64,000 nucleotides of DNA from Eledone cirrhosa (taxonomy: Eukaryota). The stretch covers positions 73,842,001 through 73,906,000 of the forward strand of contig OZ024743.1 in NCBI GenBank assembly GCA_964016885.1. Direction: 5' to 3'. This document shows, in pieces, positions 51,692-64,000 of this stretch. Each line of letters opens with the position of its first letter. The first letter of the stretch is position 1. The position numbers and the translations under genes were made by a program. The notes under the pieces were generated by a model that saw only the letters and a list, made by a program, of their open reading frames with translations, did no database searches and was not told the DNA's origin.

Positions 51692-54600
51692 TCAAAGTTA
51701 GATATAATATAAGAAGGCTTTAGGCTGCCTTAAACATATATTAGATTGGAACAAATAAAGTTTAGTCAAATGTTTGTGGACATATATATATATTGTATAA
51801 AGTAATTTCTCAATTGTGAATGCATATGTCATCAAATGAATACATAATTGTGTGGCAAAGTTTATAGTGTATGCATGGAATACAAAATTACCTTTGTTAG
51901 TAGTCGAAACTTTACAGGCGTTATATTTTCTGTGCAAAGTACAACAGAATGTAACGTGTTCTTATTTAGAATTGTTTGTGGGACTGGATGCATGTTGAAA
52001 ACGACTAGTAAGCGAGTTCACTCTGTGAGGAAACTTTAGGCGACTTTAAAGCTTTTGTGAGGACAGCAGATTAAAACGTGTTCTCTATTGAAAACATTCT
52101 ACTGAACTTACGTTGTGAGAACAGCGAACTGACCCTGTCTCTCGGCTGAAAGACCTCGCTGAACTGAAGTTTTCAGTTTAAAGTTATGCTGTTATCGACC
52201 AACATTTACTTGTTCGTGATTGGTCAATTTCTAAGTTCAATTAGTGTATTATCAGTAGTAGTCAAATTCTCGGAATTCAGAAAACTTTGTCTTTCCAAGA
52301 ATTGATGTGAAATTGAAAGTATTCAATTTTCACGAATCTCAGAACAGTGTTTTTCTGCTAATTCAAGTGAGAAACTGAAAGTAGTGTTTTCCACGAATTG
52401 GAGTGGAGAACCTGTGTACACTACAATAGTACTCGTTCATTTATACATTGCACCTTTAGCATTTTCTTTGCACCTTTTTCAGAAAACCCAAAATATTATT
52501 GGTAATGTAAATATTTATTTTTTAAGGAACCCGGAGTTTGTATTACGGAACCCCAAGGTTCCGCGGAACCCATGTTGGCGACCACTGATCTAGATGACCC
52601 TATGCGGTTAGCCCAGGTCCACACTGGCGCATTAGGGAAATCTAGTCGGTACCTGTCAGACAGTTGGAACTGGCTGATCAGGTTCTTGAGGCTTTTACAC
52701 CCCCCGCTCATATCGGATACTCCCACACAGTCCTAGCGTGCGTCTAAGATGCCGTTCCAGTCCCCCGCTAACAGTAAATGGGGAGACGTACCCAGAAAGG
52801 CTTCCAGGCGTCTAAAGAAGTCCGGCCGTCCTTCCCCAGTAGGAGCATAGACGACCACCAGTCTAAAGGCACCACCTTCATTATTGTTCACGTCCAGGAC
52901 CACCAACTTTCCGTCCGGATCCCGGAAGATCGACCTTACCTCGAGACCCAGGCCTTTCCTAAACAGCACTGCCAACCCGCCTCCCATTCCCGGCCGGCTA
53001 ACAGATGCAGAGATCTGATAGTCGTCGAAAATTGGGGCTAGTGCGCGCGTGTCGGAAATCCTGGCCTCGCTGACTGCAATTACATCTATTTCTGTAGACC
53101 TCATGTCGTTGACCAGGTGACCCTGCTTCTAGGACGATCCCAGGCCTCGAACATTTAAACATCCTACTCTTAATACGGCCATGTTAGCAGGTTAAACAAA
53201 GAGAGAGGAAGGTTTACTTACCTTCCGGGCTCTTGTGAAGGTCGGGTTGTTCGACCTCCATAGTTAGTGGTGCTTCTTTTGGGAACCCCTTTAAAAGTCT
53301 TGAAGTGGGTTTTACGTTCGGGGTTCCCACGTCCCGAGGAAAGCTGTCCCGCATTTCTTTGAATATATCGAGCGACATTCGCACCAGAACCAAATCTTCC
53401 GGCACGCGAAATGTGCTCGATTTAAAAATGTCCCTCTCTTTTTGTATATTTTCACTTCGTGCTACGAGGGCCATCATTTCCTTGTTGGCCCTCCTGACGA
53501 GCACAAAGTTTTGTATGTTTTGTTGGTGTGATTTTATTTGTTTGCGTGGCTGTGGTGGTGATGGTTTTGGTGGTGTTGTTTCGGTTGTATCTGTTTGTTG
53601 TGAGTGCGGTGTCTGTGGTTTCAGATATTTGTGTGTATATTTGTTCTTGCGTCTGTTTCGGTTGTTTGCGTTTGGGGGATTCTGGTAATGGTGATGGTGG
53701 TGTTGATGTTGGTGTTATTGGAGAGATGTTTGCGTGGGTGGTGTCTGCGTTTTTTATTGCGGGTGCTTTTGTGCTTTGTTGAGTTTTTATTTTTATTTTT
53801 GTGTTTCCTTTTTTGTATTTTGGGGGATTTTGGATTTCCCTCATTTTCACTACTGGTAGATGAGGGGTCTGTTTGTAAGTGTGTCTGTATGTATGTTTAT
53901 GGTTTTATTGGTGTGTGTATTTTTTTTTTTGGGGGGGGGGGGGGGGATTTGACAGCTTTCCTCGTTTCCCTCCTGGGTGGTCAATGTTGGTGGTGGTCTT
54001 TCTATTGGTGTTGTTGTTGGTGGTTTTGCCGGTGCTGTTGTTGGTTGTGGTCCTCGTCCCGGCGTCGGCAGCAGTGGAGCCTTTCGTCCCCTTGCATCTT
54101 TCATCAGTTGAGGGCAGAAGGCTCGCAAATGGGTTTTTTCCCCACAAACAAAACAATGCGGCCTTTTGCCTTCGGTCATAATATGAATGACCGTCCCATA
54201 CTGAAGGGGGATGTGATCCGGGATTGTCTTCACATTCTCGGGCCTGATCTGCAGAAGGATCTCCAGGTCAACCCCGGACCAGTCCTCTCTGGCCGTTCTG
54301 GTCACTTCTATAGGGACTGTATTCGTCCCCTCCACAATCACACATCCCAGAAGCCACCACATGTCAAGTCCTGGTGTGATTCTGGAAATGCGGAGACGGG
54401 CCGTTCTGTTTCCCATGTGGGAGGAGTACATTATGACCTTGGTAGTTTTGCAAGGAGTCATAGCGTGTTTCATAGCGAGGGCTTCTGACTTGAACAACAC
54501 CGAAATGGTGCCGTACTGTCTGCCCCTCTCTATGTACTGGGTGTCTTCTCTGATGCACCTCAGCGCGACTTCGACATCTGCTTGTGGGATTAAAGCTGCC

Positions 54601-55419
54601 CTTTTGGTTTTTGCTGAGATGCATCTATAATGCACCGTTTTGCGCTCCATTGCCTCAATAGCTTCTACTGGGACAGTTAAGTTGGCCCAAGTTTGCACTT
54701 GCTTGATGAGCTTCCATGCCTGGGCCAACTTTTCATCTTTGTTTGAGAGGTCCATGTTAAAGCATGACCTCTTTTTTGCTGCTGCCGCAGCGAAATTGTT
54801 CTTCTTGTTTTCGTTGGGGGTGTTGTTGTCGTTGTTCTTGTTGGTGTTGTTGTTAGCACTGTCGCTGTTATCACTGTTGTCTTTGTTGCCACCGTTGTTC
54901 TCGGTGCAGTTGGTATTGTTGCTGTTGGTGTTGTCGTTATTTGTTTTCATGTTAGTGGTGTTGATATTGTTGTTGTATTTGTTTTTGTTTTTTTTGTTTT
55001 CTGTATTTTCGTTGTCGCTGTTACTGTCATTTTTTTCAAAATTAGAGTTCTTATTGGTATCGTTGTTGTCTTTGTTTACCTTGTTTGTGGTGGTGTTTGT
55101 GTTATCAATGTGTGTTAGTTTCGCTGTAGCGCTCCTCTCAACTTCTACGTCGTTGTCGCTCGACAGCCGACATATCGCTGGGGGGGGGGGGGGGGGGGGC
55201 GTGTCTCAGCCATGTTTTTTTATCTTCGTAAATTTTTTAACATGTAAAAACAAATTCAAATATTTGGGCCAAAAGGCCAAAATATTATACTTTCCCCTTC
55301 ACGGGGCAAAGTCTAAGGGCTTATATCCCTTACACAACAAGAAATATTTAACAACAAATAATTTTAACAGGCAAATAAAGCGACTTACTGTGAGCGAGCA
55401 AAATACGTCCGCTTAGACC

Positions 55420-55470
<51 letters not shown>

Positions 55471-55471
<1 letters not shown>

Positions 55472-58400
55472 TTTTCTTTATTAACCACAAGGGTTTACAT
55501 AAAGTAGACATTAAGGACAGTACAGGACAATACAGGACGGTACAAATGGGCATTTCTGCGTGTAAAAAAACAAAAACAGAGGATGTAACATAAAAATAAC
55601 AATGAAAAATTGTCAAATAGCGGGGAGACTTCCGAGGGACATTTGTGGAGAAATCCCATTAAAAGGCCACAGTGACGCTGATCACCAGGGCAAGTGCCCT
55701 CTCCCAGTTTTCCACCTTTAATTTACAGACACATATTCAGAGTAGGCCCATTCACTCGGGCCATACTTGCTTCTCTCACCCATCTTTCAACAAAATGCTG
55801 GGAAGAGAGCACTTCCCTCTCTACCCTGATTTTCCTTTTCAAATGAAATTTGAAAAAGGTAATCAGGGCATCACCGAAGAGGTAAATGCTCGTCTTCAGC
55901 CCTTTCAAACCTGTCCACCATACTATCTCTTTAGCCATGGCCACCAGACAGATAAAAACTGCCTGCCCTTCCCGGCTAAAGGAGGAGGGCGGGGAAATCA
56001 TCACGATGGACTCAGCTGATAGCTGGATCCGTCCTACAGGTGACAGCAGGTATTCGACATAAACACACAAGTCAGAAATGCTCGGACACTGGACGAGTGC
56101 GTGCAGGACGGTTTCGTCGCCCTGCGCGCATCTCGGACATGCCCGGCTGACGGAACCTCCATGCCTGAAGAGTTTATCCTGAACTGGTCCCGGCCCGAAA
56201 GTTCTTCCGAAGAGATTGGCTAGTTGATTTTCGTCGACGCCTAGAGTTTCTCCAAGTACGTCGTCGCTCTTCCCCCTCCACTAATCCTCTATAGAACGCC
56301 AAGGTGCAGTTTCCACCGATGACATTGCCCGATTGGTCGAGGGCTCTGAGCGCCTGAAGACATTCCAGTCTCAAAGCGCTCCCTTTCGGTCTTCGCTTGA
56401 CCCAGGACTGCAGCTCCGTCAAGGAACGAGCTGGGGAAAGACGCGTCTAGCAAACGGCGACCACACCTGATCACCGTCGAGGAAGAGGTGGAGATGTCGT
56501 AGCCTGAGCATGTGTCTGCGCATCATCAGCCACGGCATGCCCAGCGCTCCACGTAGCGGGTGTTGACAGCAGATGGACCGCCTGATCATCGGAGCGCGTC
56601 ACTTCCATAAAAAGCGAAAGAACAAACGCACCAGCGCAGTCAGGCGCAGTTAGGACAAGGTATGATGGTCAGGCGGTAGTAGATGACGGACGCGATGTAC
56701 GCATTAGCCACCTCCTCTCGACGTTTCAGTGATAGCTTCAACTCCACCCATTTCTGGGTGAAAGAAGCCACCCTGCTCGTCACCTCGTCCCAGTTTTTGT
56801 CCGTCTGGAGGTCCTGACCGAATCAGACCCCTAGCAATTTAACCGGTCCGTCCGTCCAGCGCCCGACGACACGGCATGGACCTGCTTCTCCAGGTGCCGA
56901 GCTGCAGCCCCACTGACTTTTCCTGATTGATCATTGCTCCTGTCACCGCTTCGTATTCTCTGAGTGTAGTGCCGATCGCCTCGATGTATTTGGCGTTCGA
57001 CACCACTACAGTAACATTGTCCGCATATGCTGACACGGATCTTCCGTATCCTAGTTCGCGCGGGACCCCCCTCAACGTCTCCAGTTTGTGCAGTAATGGC
57101 TCGAGAGTCAATACGTACAAGAGGGACGAGAGGGGACATCCTTGGCTGACCGAGCGCATGATGTTGAACGGTTCCGAAAGGTGACCGTTCACTCTTACCA
57201 CAGAGCAGATGTCGTTGTGCATAGCAGCGATCCAGCCTCTGAAGACGGGCCCAAAGCCAGCCGCCCTCAGGACTGCTGCTAGGTAACGATGGTCGACCCT
57301 ATCGAAAGCTTTCGACTGATCTAAATTGATCAAGGACCCACCCGTGCCAGGTTCCCTAGCTACCCTCTCATCGATGTATCGCATGAGGTGGAGGTTGTCG
57401 TGGATGGATCTGTCAGGAATCGCGCACGTCTGCGGCTCTCCCACCAGACCACCAACGACAAGCGCCAATCTCTTTGCTAGCACCCTGGCCAAAATCTTGA
57501 ACTCTGTGTTATGGGCCTGAACTTATCTATGTTATCCCCCTTGTTCGGATCATTTCTCAGCAGCGTCACAGCTCTTCTACGGCTTACAGAGTTCGGAATT
57601 CTCCCGTTCTGTTGCCAGTTGCAGTAGACGTCCGCCAAAGGCCTCCGAACAAGTCTGGCATCTGTACGTAAAGTTCATAGGGCAGACCATCCAAACCAGG
57701 CCATTTACCCCTTGTGCAGCCAGTCATTGCCTCCCGTACTTCAGCGGCTGTTATCGGCTCAGTGGCCGAGAGCCGCGGCATTCCGTCGAGGTAGACACTA
57801 AAGTCCATCCCTCGTTCCGGCCCGCCGCTGCCCCGAACAGCTGGGAGAAGTGTCGCTGGAAAGCTTCACACATTTGCCCGGGATCGAGTAGCATGCGCCG
57901 GTCGTGGTTTACCAAATACCGGATCGTGGCTTTGTTGCCACGACGCGCCTCCGCCACTCGTAGCCGCCGAAGATCGGTGCGAAGGCCCGTGCTTCGGAGA
58001 TTCTGGTCTCGCTGATGGCCACTACATCTATGATTAGTGACCTGATGTCGTTGAGCAGGTGGCCCCACGGCACGCGCATTTATGCTGCCTCTTCTGAGTG
58101 AGGTCATGTTGAAATGGAGTGGAAAAGATGGGAAAGACCACTTACCTTACTTCTCGTAGAGGAAGGATGGTTTCTCCATACTTTTCACTGCTTGTAGCCT
58201 CCTCCGGAAGGATGTCCTTATAAATCCTCCTGGAGAGTGCTTATCGGAAGTGTCCGATGTCTTTGGGGAATTTCTGTTTTAGTGTCGTGTACGTTTTCTG
58301 TGTGATGCGAGTGATTTGTATGTGTGGAGGTGGTGTGAACTTTGGGGTAGTTGTGTAGTTTTTTTCTGTGATGCTGGTGTTGTATTGGGTGTAGTGTAAT

Positions 58401-60215
58401 AATTGGTTGTTTTTCAAATTTAATGCTGTGTAGTGTGTATCGTTTAGGTTGTTTTGTTTTGTTTGCGTTTGTTGTGGGTTTGTTTCTGTTTCGCTTTTTG
58501 GTGACTTTTGTGGTGTTGGTGATGCTGGTGTGGATGGTGGCATAACTGTCCTAACTTTTTTGTTTGATAGTTTATTTGTTTCCCTCTGTATTTTGTTTTT
58601 GGAAAGGGAAGGAAGGGGATTTTTTCTTTTTTGGTTTATTTTTATTTTTTTCATTTTTCCTTATACCGTTTCCCACTCCTCGTCGTCACAATCTGTCTCC
58701 AGTTGCGATAGGTCGGGGAGTGGAAAATCCTCTACAGACGTTGGTTTTGGTTGTGGCGTGGTGGATGGTGTAGGCGCTGGTGCTAGTTCTGAAGCGTTGG
58801 GTGGTGGTGTTGTTGGTTTTGCTACTGTTGCTGGGGTTGTTGCTGTTACAGTTGCTTCTGTTGTTGCTGCTACAGTTGTTGCTTCCATTTCTGCTGCTGG
58901 TGGTGTTGATTGTTGAGTCACAGGGGCAGAAAGCCCTTAGGTGGGTTCCTTCATCACAAACGACACACATACGCCTTCTGCCCTCGACGATTACGGTGAG
59001 GTGGCTGCCATCAGTGAGGTCTATTACCCATGGGATCTCCTCAATGCTTTTTTGGTCCGCTTGGATCAGGAGCTCCATCCCAGATCCGGACCAGTTCTTC
59101 TGCTATTCTTTCGCTATTTCGCTTATCTTGGTGTTGGCTTCGATACCGGCGAGGACGGCAGCTATTAGCCAGGGAATTTCGATGGCCGGTGGAACGTGGG
59201 TCAGCCTGATCTTCACGAGTCTCTGGCCACAATAGCTTGGGATGAGTGTGAAGACGTCACTTCTTAATGGGGCCATGAAGTGTTCTCTTACCTCCTGTGG
59301 TGTTTCAAAGAACACGTCCACGGTTCTATATTTCTGCCCACGTCTGATGTGGGGTTTTTTTGCCCACATATGTCCCAAAGCTTTTTGGATTTGGGACTCG
59401 GATGCCCGTTCCACTCGGCGCGATTTTATGTTAATCGTCCGATAAGATACGGTGCATAGGCGCCGATGCTCCATTTTATTAGGTGTGGGGGAGGGGGGTG
59501 AGGCTGACCCTGTACCCATCTATATTTACCATTTTTTTGGTTTCTTCTAATTCCTCCTGAGTTACCTGGAATGCTTCGCACTTTTTTGCTACTCTGGCAA
59601 AACTCAGTGTGGTTTTCTTAATTTCATTGTTGCTGTTGTTGTTATCGTTATTTTTGTTATTGTTAATTTTAGTTTCAGTTGTGGTGGTGGTGGCGTCAGT
59701 GGTGTTCGTTGTGGAAGAGTTCATTTTGGTTGAATTCATTTCGATATCACGAGTTAATTAATTATTTTATTTTGTTTCTGTTGTCGCTGTGGTGGTGGTG
59801 GTGGGGGTGGCGGCTTTAACACCTGCAGTCATTGGTAATGGCGGGAAAATAATGTCTGCCTGAGACAAATTTAAAATATTGCTACAGCTTATATTTTTAG
59901 TGTTGGCAAACGTAGTAATATTTACAATGGTGGTGTCGGTGTGAGGTGTTAGTTTGTGAGGAAGGCTCTCAGCTAATGGGTTCAGCTGTGAGTCGGCCAT
60001 GATGTTTCAAAGAAATTTTTTTTGTTTGATAATTATGAAAGTTTAAATTTTGAGCTCAAGGCCCCAATCTTTTTGAGTGTCCTTTTCAGAAAACAATGTA
60101 TGTGCACTTATATACAGTTAACAATAAAAACTTTCCATAAATGGCAATTTTAAACAACTGAAAACAACAAACCTTTGCGGAGCTCACGATGATACGATTT
60201 ACTACGTAGGTCGCC
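55471..60215 (-). mobile_element. Tx1-A LINE with complete ends and internal deletions
   Basis: Reverse complement of 29211-35013 with the same termini; lacks ~0.92 kb of APE/linker at ~57960; (TAA)n flanks. Confidence 0.93.
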
Positions 60216-60297
<82 letters not shown>

Positions 60298-60298
<1 letters not shown>

Positions 60299-62284
60299 GC
60301 ATTTGATAGTTTGCCACACAGTTGGATTGAAAAATATTTAGAGATTTTCAAAATATCCCCCGTTGTCAGGAGGTTTTTGTCATTCAGTATGAAGACATGG
60401 AAAACGACACTCCTTTTGAATAGTGAAACAAAATCACTGGAAGCTGGAGAAGTTAATATTAATCGTGGAATTTTTCAGGGTGACTCTTTATCACCGCTTT
60501 TATTCTGCATCGCACTTATACCATTAAGTAAAATGCTCAATGAAACAAAACATGGATATAAAGTCTATGATAAAACCATTAATCACCTGTTCTACATGGA
60601 TGACCTGAAACTATTTGCAAAAAATGAACAATTGCAAGGGCTATTATCCACTGTGAAGCAGTTCAGTGATGACATTAAAATGGAGTTTGGACTAGATAAA
60701 TGCGCCAAAGCAACGTTCACCAGAGGAAAGCTGCTGAAGAGTTCAGACATTAATCTTGATCGGGGGAACGTGATAAGAGAACTTGATCAAGAAAAAACTT
60801 ACAAATATCTAGGTGTTTGTGAAAGAGACGGAATCAAGCACTCGACAATGAGGGAAAGGATAGGGAAGGAATGTTACCGCAGAGTAAGAGCAATCTTAAG
60901 AACGGAATTGAATGCAAGGAATAGGATCGATGCCATAAACACGCTTGCCATACCAGTAGTAACCTACAGTTACAATGTCATCAACTGGTCAAGCACAGAG
61001 ATCCGTAGGCTCAATACAAAAATTCGAAAATTCTTAATCATGCACAGAATGCATCACCCTAAGGCAGATATAGATAGAATATATCTCCCTAGGAAAGAAG
61101 GAGGACGTGGGTTAATCCAGTTAGACATTGCGTTGAAAACTGCAACAATTGGATTATCTACATATCTAAGGGAATCACATGATTGGATGATCAAACTCGT
61201 TTTGAAACACGAAAGCATCAAAAGATCATATTCCATTACAAAAGATGCACAAAGATACAGTAATGGACTACAAATTTCAGAAGTCCCGTTTACTGCTGAA
61301 ATGGAAAACACAGAAAAAGCAAAGCAGGTAAAAGTAACTGCAAAGAAAGAACTGCTACAGAAACTGGCTAAGAAATGGCAAGAAAAGCCTCTGTATGGAA
61401 AATACCCAGAGCGAGCTAACAATCCTGATGTTGACAAAACTTTAACCCATCAGTGGTTGGCATCCTCTGGACTGAAATCGGAGACTGAAGGATTGATTAT
61501 ATCGGCACAAGATCAGTGTCTGCCAACAAAAAATTACCAAGCCAACATAATAAAAAATGGGTGCAGCCCATTATGCCGTGTATGCAAAAAACAAGCAGAG
61601 ACCATTGACCATATAATTTTAATGTGCAGTCCTATAGCTCCAACCGAATACCTAAACAGGCATGACAGAGCTGCACAATACATACATTGGATAATGTGTA
61701 AGCATTTTGACCTGCCCCATCAAAAGAATTGGTGGGAGCATCAACCACCTCCCATACTTGAAAAAGATCACATCTCAATCTTGTGGAACTTTAGCATCCA
61801 AACAGACCGAAAAATAGATGCAAACAGACCTGATATAATATTGAAAGACTTTCAAAAGAGGGTATGCCTGCTAATTGATATGTCTGTTCCAATAGACAAG
61901 AATGTATCTATAAAAACATTTGAAAAGTTGAGCAAGTATAAGGACCTGGAGATAGAAATTGGAAAAATGTGGAAATTGAGAACTAAAACAATACCAGTGG
62001 TTGTAGGCGCTCTGGGAATGATACCTAAGGGGTCTAATGATTATTTATCGCAAATACCAGGAAACCCGCGTATAGGAGAAATACAAAAGATAGTACTAAT
62101 GGGAACTGCCCATATACTAAGGAAGATTCTGTCAATATAAGTACATCACAAGTCTAAACACTAAAGATGCATGTGTGAATATGTATGTTCTTTCTTGAAC
62201 ATGGCAGACCTTGTTGTCTCTTGAGGTCACTGGTTGTGACTTGGTGATAACTCGTATGAACATAAAGCAAGATAAATGCAACTG
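60298..62284 (+). mobile_element. Dong-A RLE LINE, longest copy (5'-truncated within RT)
   Basis: Begins AFDSLPHSWI; (TAA)n on both sides. Confidence 0.94.
60311..62140 (+). CDS. Uninterrupted 609-aa RT-CCHC-RLE reading frame (N-terminally truncated, probably not expressed)
   Basis: GIFQGDSLSP, YMDDLKL, YKYLG, EGGRGL, CRVC..HIILMC, RHD, RPD..D..K..KY. Confidence 0.8.
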   Translation: MPHSWIEKYLEIFKISPVVRRFLSFSMKTWKTTLLLNSETKSLEAGEVNINRGIFQGDSLSPLLFCIALIPLSKMLNETKHGYKVYDKTINHLFYMDDLKLFAKNEQLQGLLSTVKQFSDDIKMEFGLDKCAKATFTRGKLLKSSDINLDRGNVIRELDQEKTYKYLGVCERDGIKHSTMRERIGKECYRRVRAILRTELNARNRIDAINTLAIPVVTYSYNVINWSSTEIRRLNTKIRKFLIMHRMHHPKADIDRIYLPRKEGGRGLIQLDIALKTATIGLSTYLRESHDWMIKLVLKHESIKRSYSITKDAQRYSNGLQISEVPFTAEMENTEKAKQVKVTAKKELLQKLAKKWQEKPLYGKYPERANNPDVDKTLTHQWLASSGLKSETEGLIISAQDQCLPTKNYQANIIKNGCSPLCRVCKKQAETIDHIILMCSPIAPTEYLNRHDRAAQYIHWIMCKHFDLPHQKNWWEHQPPPILEKDHISILWNFSIQTDRKIDANRPDIILKDFQKRVCLLIDMSVPIDKNVSIKTFEKLSKYKDLEIEIGKMWKLRTKTIPVVVGALGMIPKGSNDYLSQIPGNPRIGEIQKIVLMGTAHILRKILSI

Positions 62285-62302
62285 TAATAATAATAATAAT
62301 AA

Positions 62303-62423
62303 TTGCTGGGAACAGCAAGAACCCTCCGATACGTCCTGAATATCTGAGGCTTCAGGTAGTGGCTTGATATTCATTTCAACAAACTTTCCAGTTAACTAAC
62401 ATCAATGACTGAGACTCAAAGAG
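62303..62423 (+). mobile_element. Dong-B 3' end fragment
   Basis: Reverse complement of 25953-26075; (TAA)n flanks. Confidence 0.88.
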
Positions 62424-62430
62424 TAATAAC

Positions 62431-62501
<71 letters not shown>

Positions 62502-62502
<1 letters not shown>

Positions 62503-62822
62503 GAGAGTGCAAGAGATGGAGAGGGAGAAAATTAACCGATACCAGGACTTAAAGTGGGAGGTATAAAGGATTTGGAACTGCCATGAAGTCAAAGTGGTCC
62601 CGATTGTCATAGGCGCACTAGGTACTATCTCAACAAGTTTTCAGGGATGGTTAAAGAAAATTGGCCCCTTCACGCTTTTTGGAACGCTTGAAAAGGCATG
62701 CTTGCTGGGAACAGCAAGAACCCTCCGATACGTCCTGAATATCTGAGGCTGCAGGTAGTGGCTTGATATTCATTTCAACAAACTTTCCAGTTAACTAACA
62801 TCAATGACTGAGACTCAAAGAG
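62502..62822 (+). mobile_element. Dong-B 3' fragment
   Basis: RVQEMEREKINRYQDLKWEV..; same 3' UTR; (TAA)n flanks. Confidence 0.9.
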
Positions 62823-62838
62823 TAATAACAACAACAAC

Positions 62839-62914
<76 letters not shown>

Positions 62915-64000
62915 GGGAAGAAGACGCACCTGGTGGATAGAAGGTCATGAAATCGTTCCCGTAAGATTTTGATTTTTAACATATTTAAATCAATTGTGAA
63001 ATAACAATTCTTAGTACAAATGATACATAAAGCACCAGACTCAAGTCTCAGAAAAATTCGGATCCATAATATATTGTTATATCGCTCAAATATTCAATTT
63101 TGTATTATACATTTTATATTCAAAAAAGAAAATGGTTATACATGGAAGAAAACCCCCTCTGTCTACACTATATAGAACAGCCAAATAACAGCAATTTCAC
63201 CAACACCACAAACTAGATACACCACCTATCCCATCACTCCTCTGTGTACACTAAATACAACAGCCAGATAACGGCAATTTCACCACCACCACCACCAATC
63301 CCAGCATAATAATTATAACTACTATTATTATTGTCTCAAGTTTTTACAAAATGTTTAATTCCAATATTAAGAAAAATATGTCAACACATATATTAAACAT
63401 ACGCGACTAACCGCATAGATTCACCGATCAAACAAACTACAGTCTATTCAACAAAATTCAGTAACGACAACGCCATCAGTATAGTCACCGCCGCCACCAC
63501 TCCATCCATCATTGCTACCACTATCCTATCACCGCCGCCACCACTCCTTCATTGCTACCACCGCTATTCCCCCATTACCTTCTGTTAACTTACGAAAGGG
63601 GAAGGTGGCGGTATCACTAGACAATATTAATAAACAAAATGACTAAATAGCTAAATAGCTAAAGATAATTTCACCACCAGCACCACCACCACTACCACGC
63701 TAAAAACTCTGGTCAAGTTGCTTCAACCTCTATTTCTACTTCAACTTCAACACCATCACTACAGTACTACGATCACATCACCACCACCACTGCCTCATTA
63801 TCGCTACCGCCGCTATTCTCTCCCACTACCTCCTACTATGTACTACTAGCACAGCACCACCACCACCACCACTGCCTCATTATCACTACTGCCGCTATTC
63901 TCTCCCACTACCTCCTGATACATCGTAGTGTCCCCACTAACAGAGGAAGGCATCAAAATATATAAATAGACTGAATTGATGACCCGGTCAAAATCAAAAA

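Larger units (their letters stand above)
49094..52587 (-). mobile_element. hAT DNA transposon, Charlie/Buster group
   Basis: Perfect 14-bp TIR CAGTGGTCGCCAAC; 8-bp TSD ATCTAGAT (49086-49093 and 52588-52595, nnnTAnnn pattern). Confidence 0.95.
46073..55419 (-). mobile_element. Full-length Tx1-B LINE interrupted by a hAT transposon
   Basis: 5' junction TTATT^GGTCTAAG; ORF1 with CFVCGEKTHLRAFC (53850-54950); ORF2 from ATG at 53182 (APE), RT 47128-48597, zf-RVT; 3' junction GAAATC^ATTATT. Confidence 0.92.

Noticed and set aside
53604-55416. Long plus-strand hydrophobic ORFs (294 and 258 aa)
   Set aside because: Antisense shadows of the low-complexity Tx1 ORF1.

Overview
This is gene-free eukaryotic repeat DNA. 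The microsatellite density and SINE types suggest a mollusc, probably an octopus or other cephalopod, but that is inference. No host gene is supportable, and most listed ORFs are microsatellite artefacts. The window is a nested stack of decayed or truncated mobile elements: three families of RLE-type (R4/Dong-like) non-LTR retrotransposons, two Tx1-like LINE families, two Penelope-like elements (PLEs), RTE fragments, tRNA-type SINEs, a Charlie/Buster hAT transposon with perfect TIRs and TSD, and a 35-bp minisatellite with a 350-bp higher-order repeat. Three signals stand out. (1) Several unrelated non-coding fold-back elements sit in (TA)n tracts and carry outward-facing type-I hammerhead ribozymes on both arms, one with a ~100-nt stem II. 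(2) Tx1-like and Dong-like LINEs co-target (TAA/TTA)n in strictly opposite orientation, with Tx1 in a fixed TT^ATT register. (3) A SINE 3' tail matches the Tx1 3' end, and one SINE copy inserted at T^ATTAT with a 17-bp TSD, suggesting a Tx1-driven SINE.
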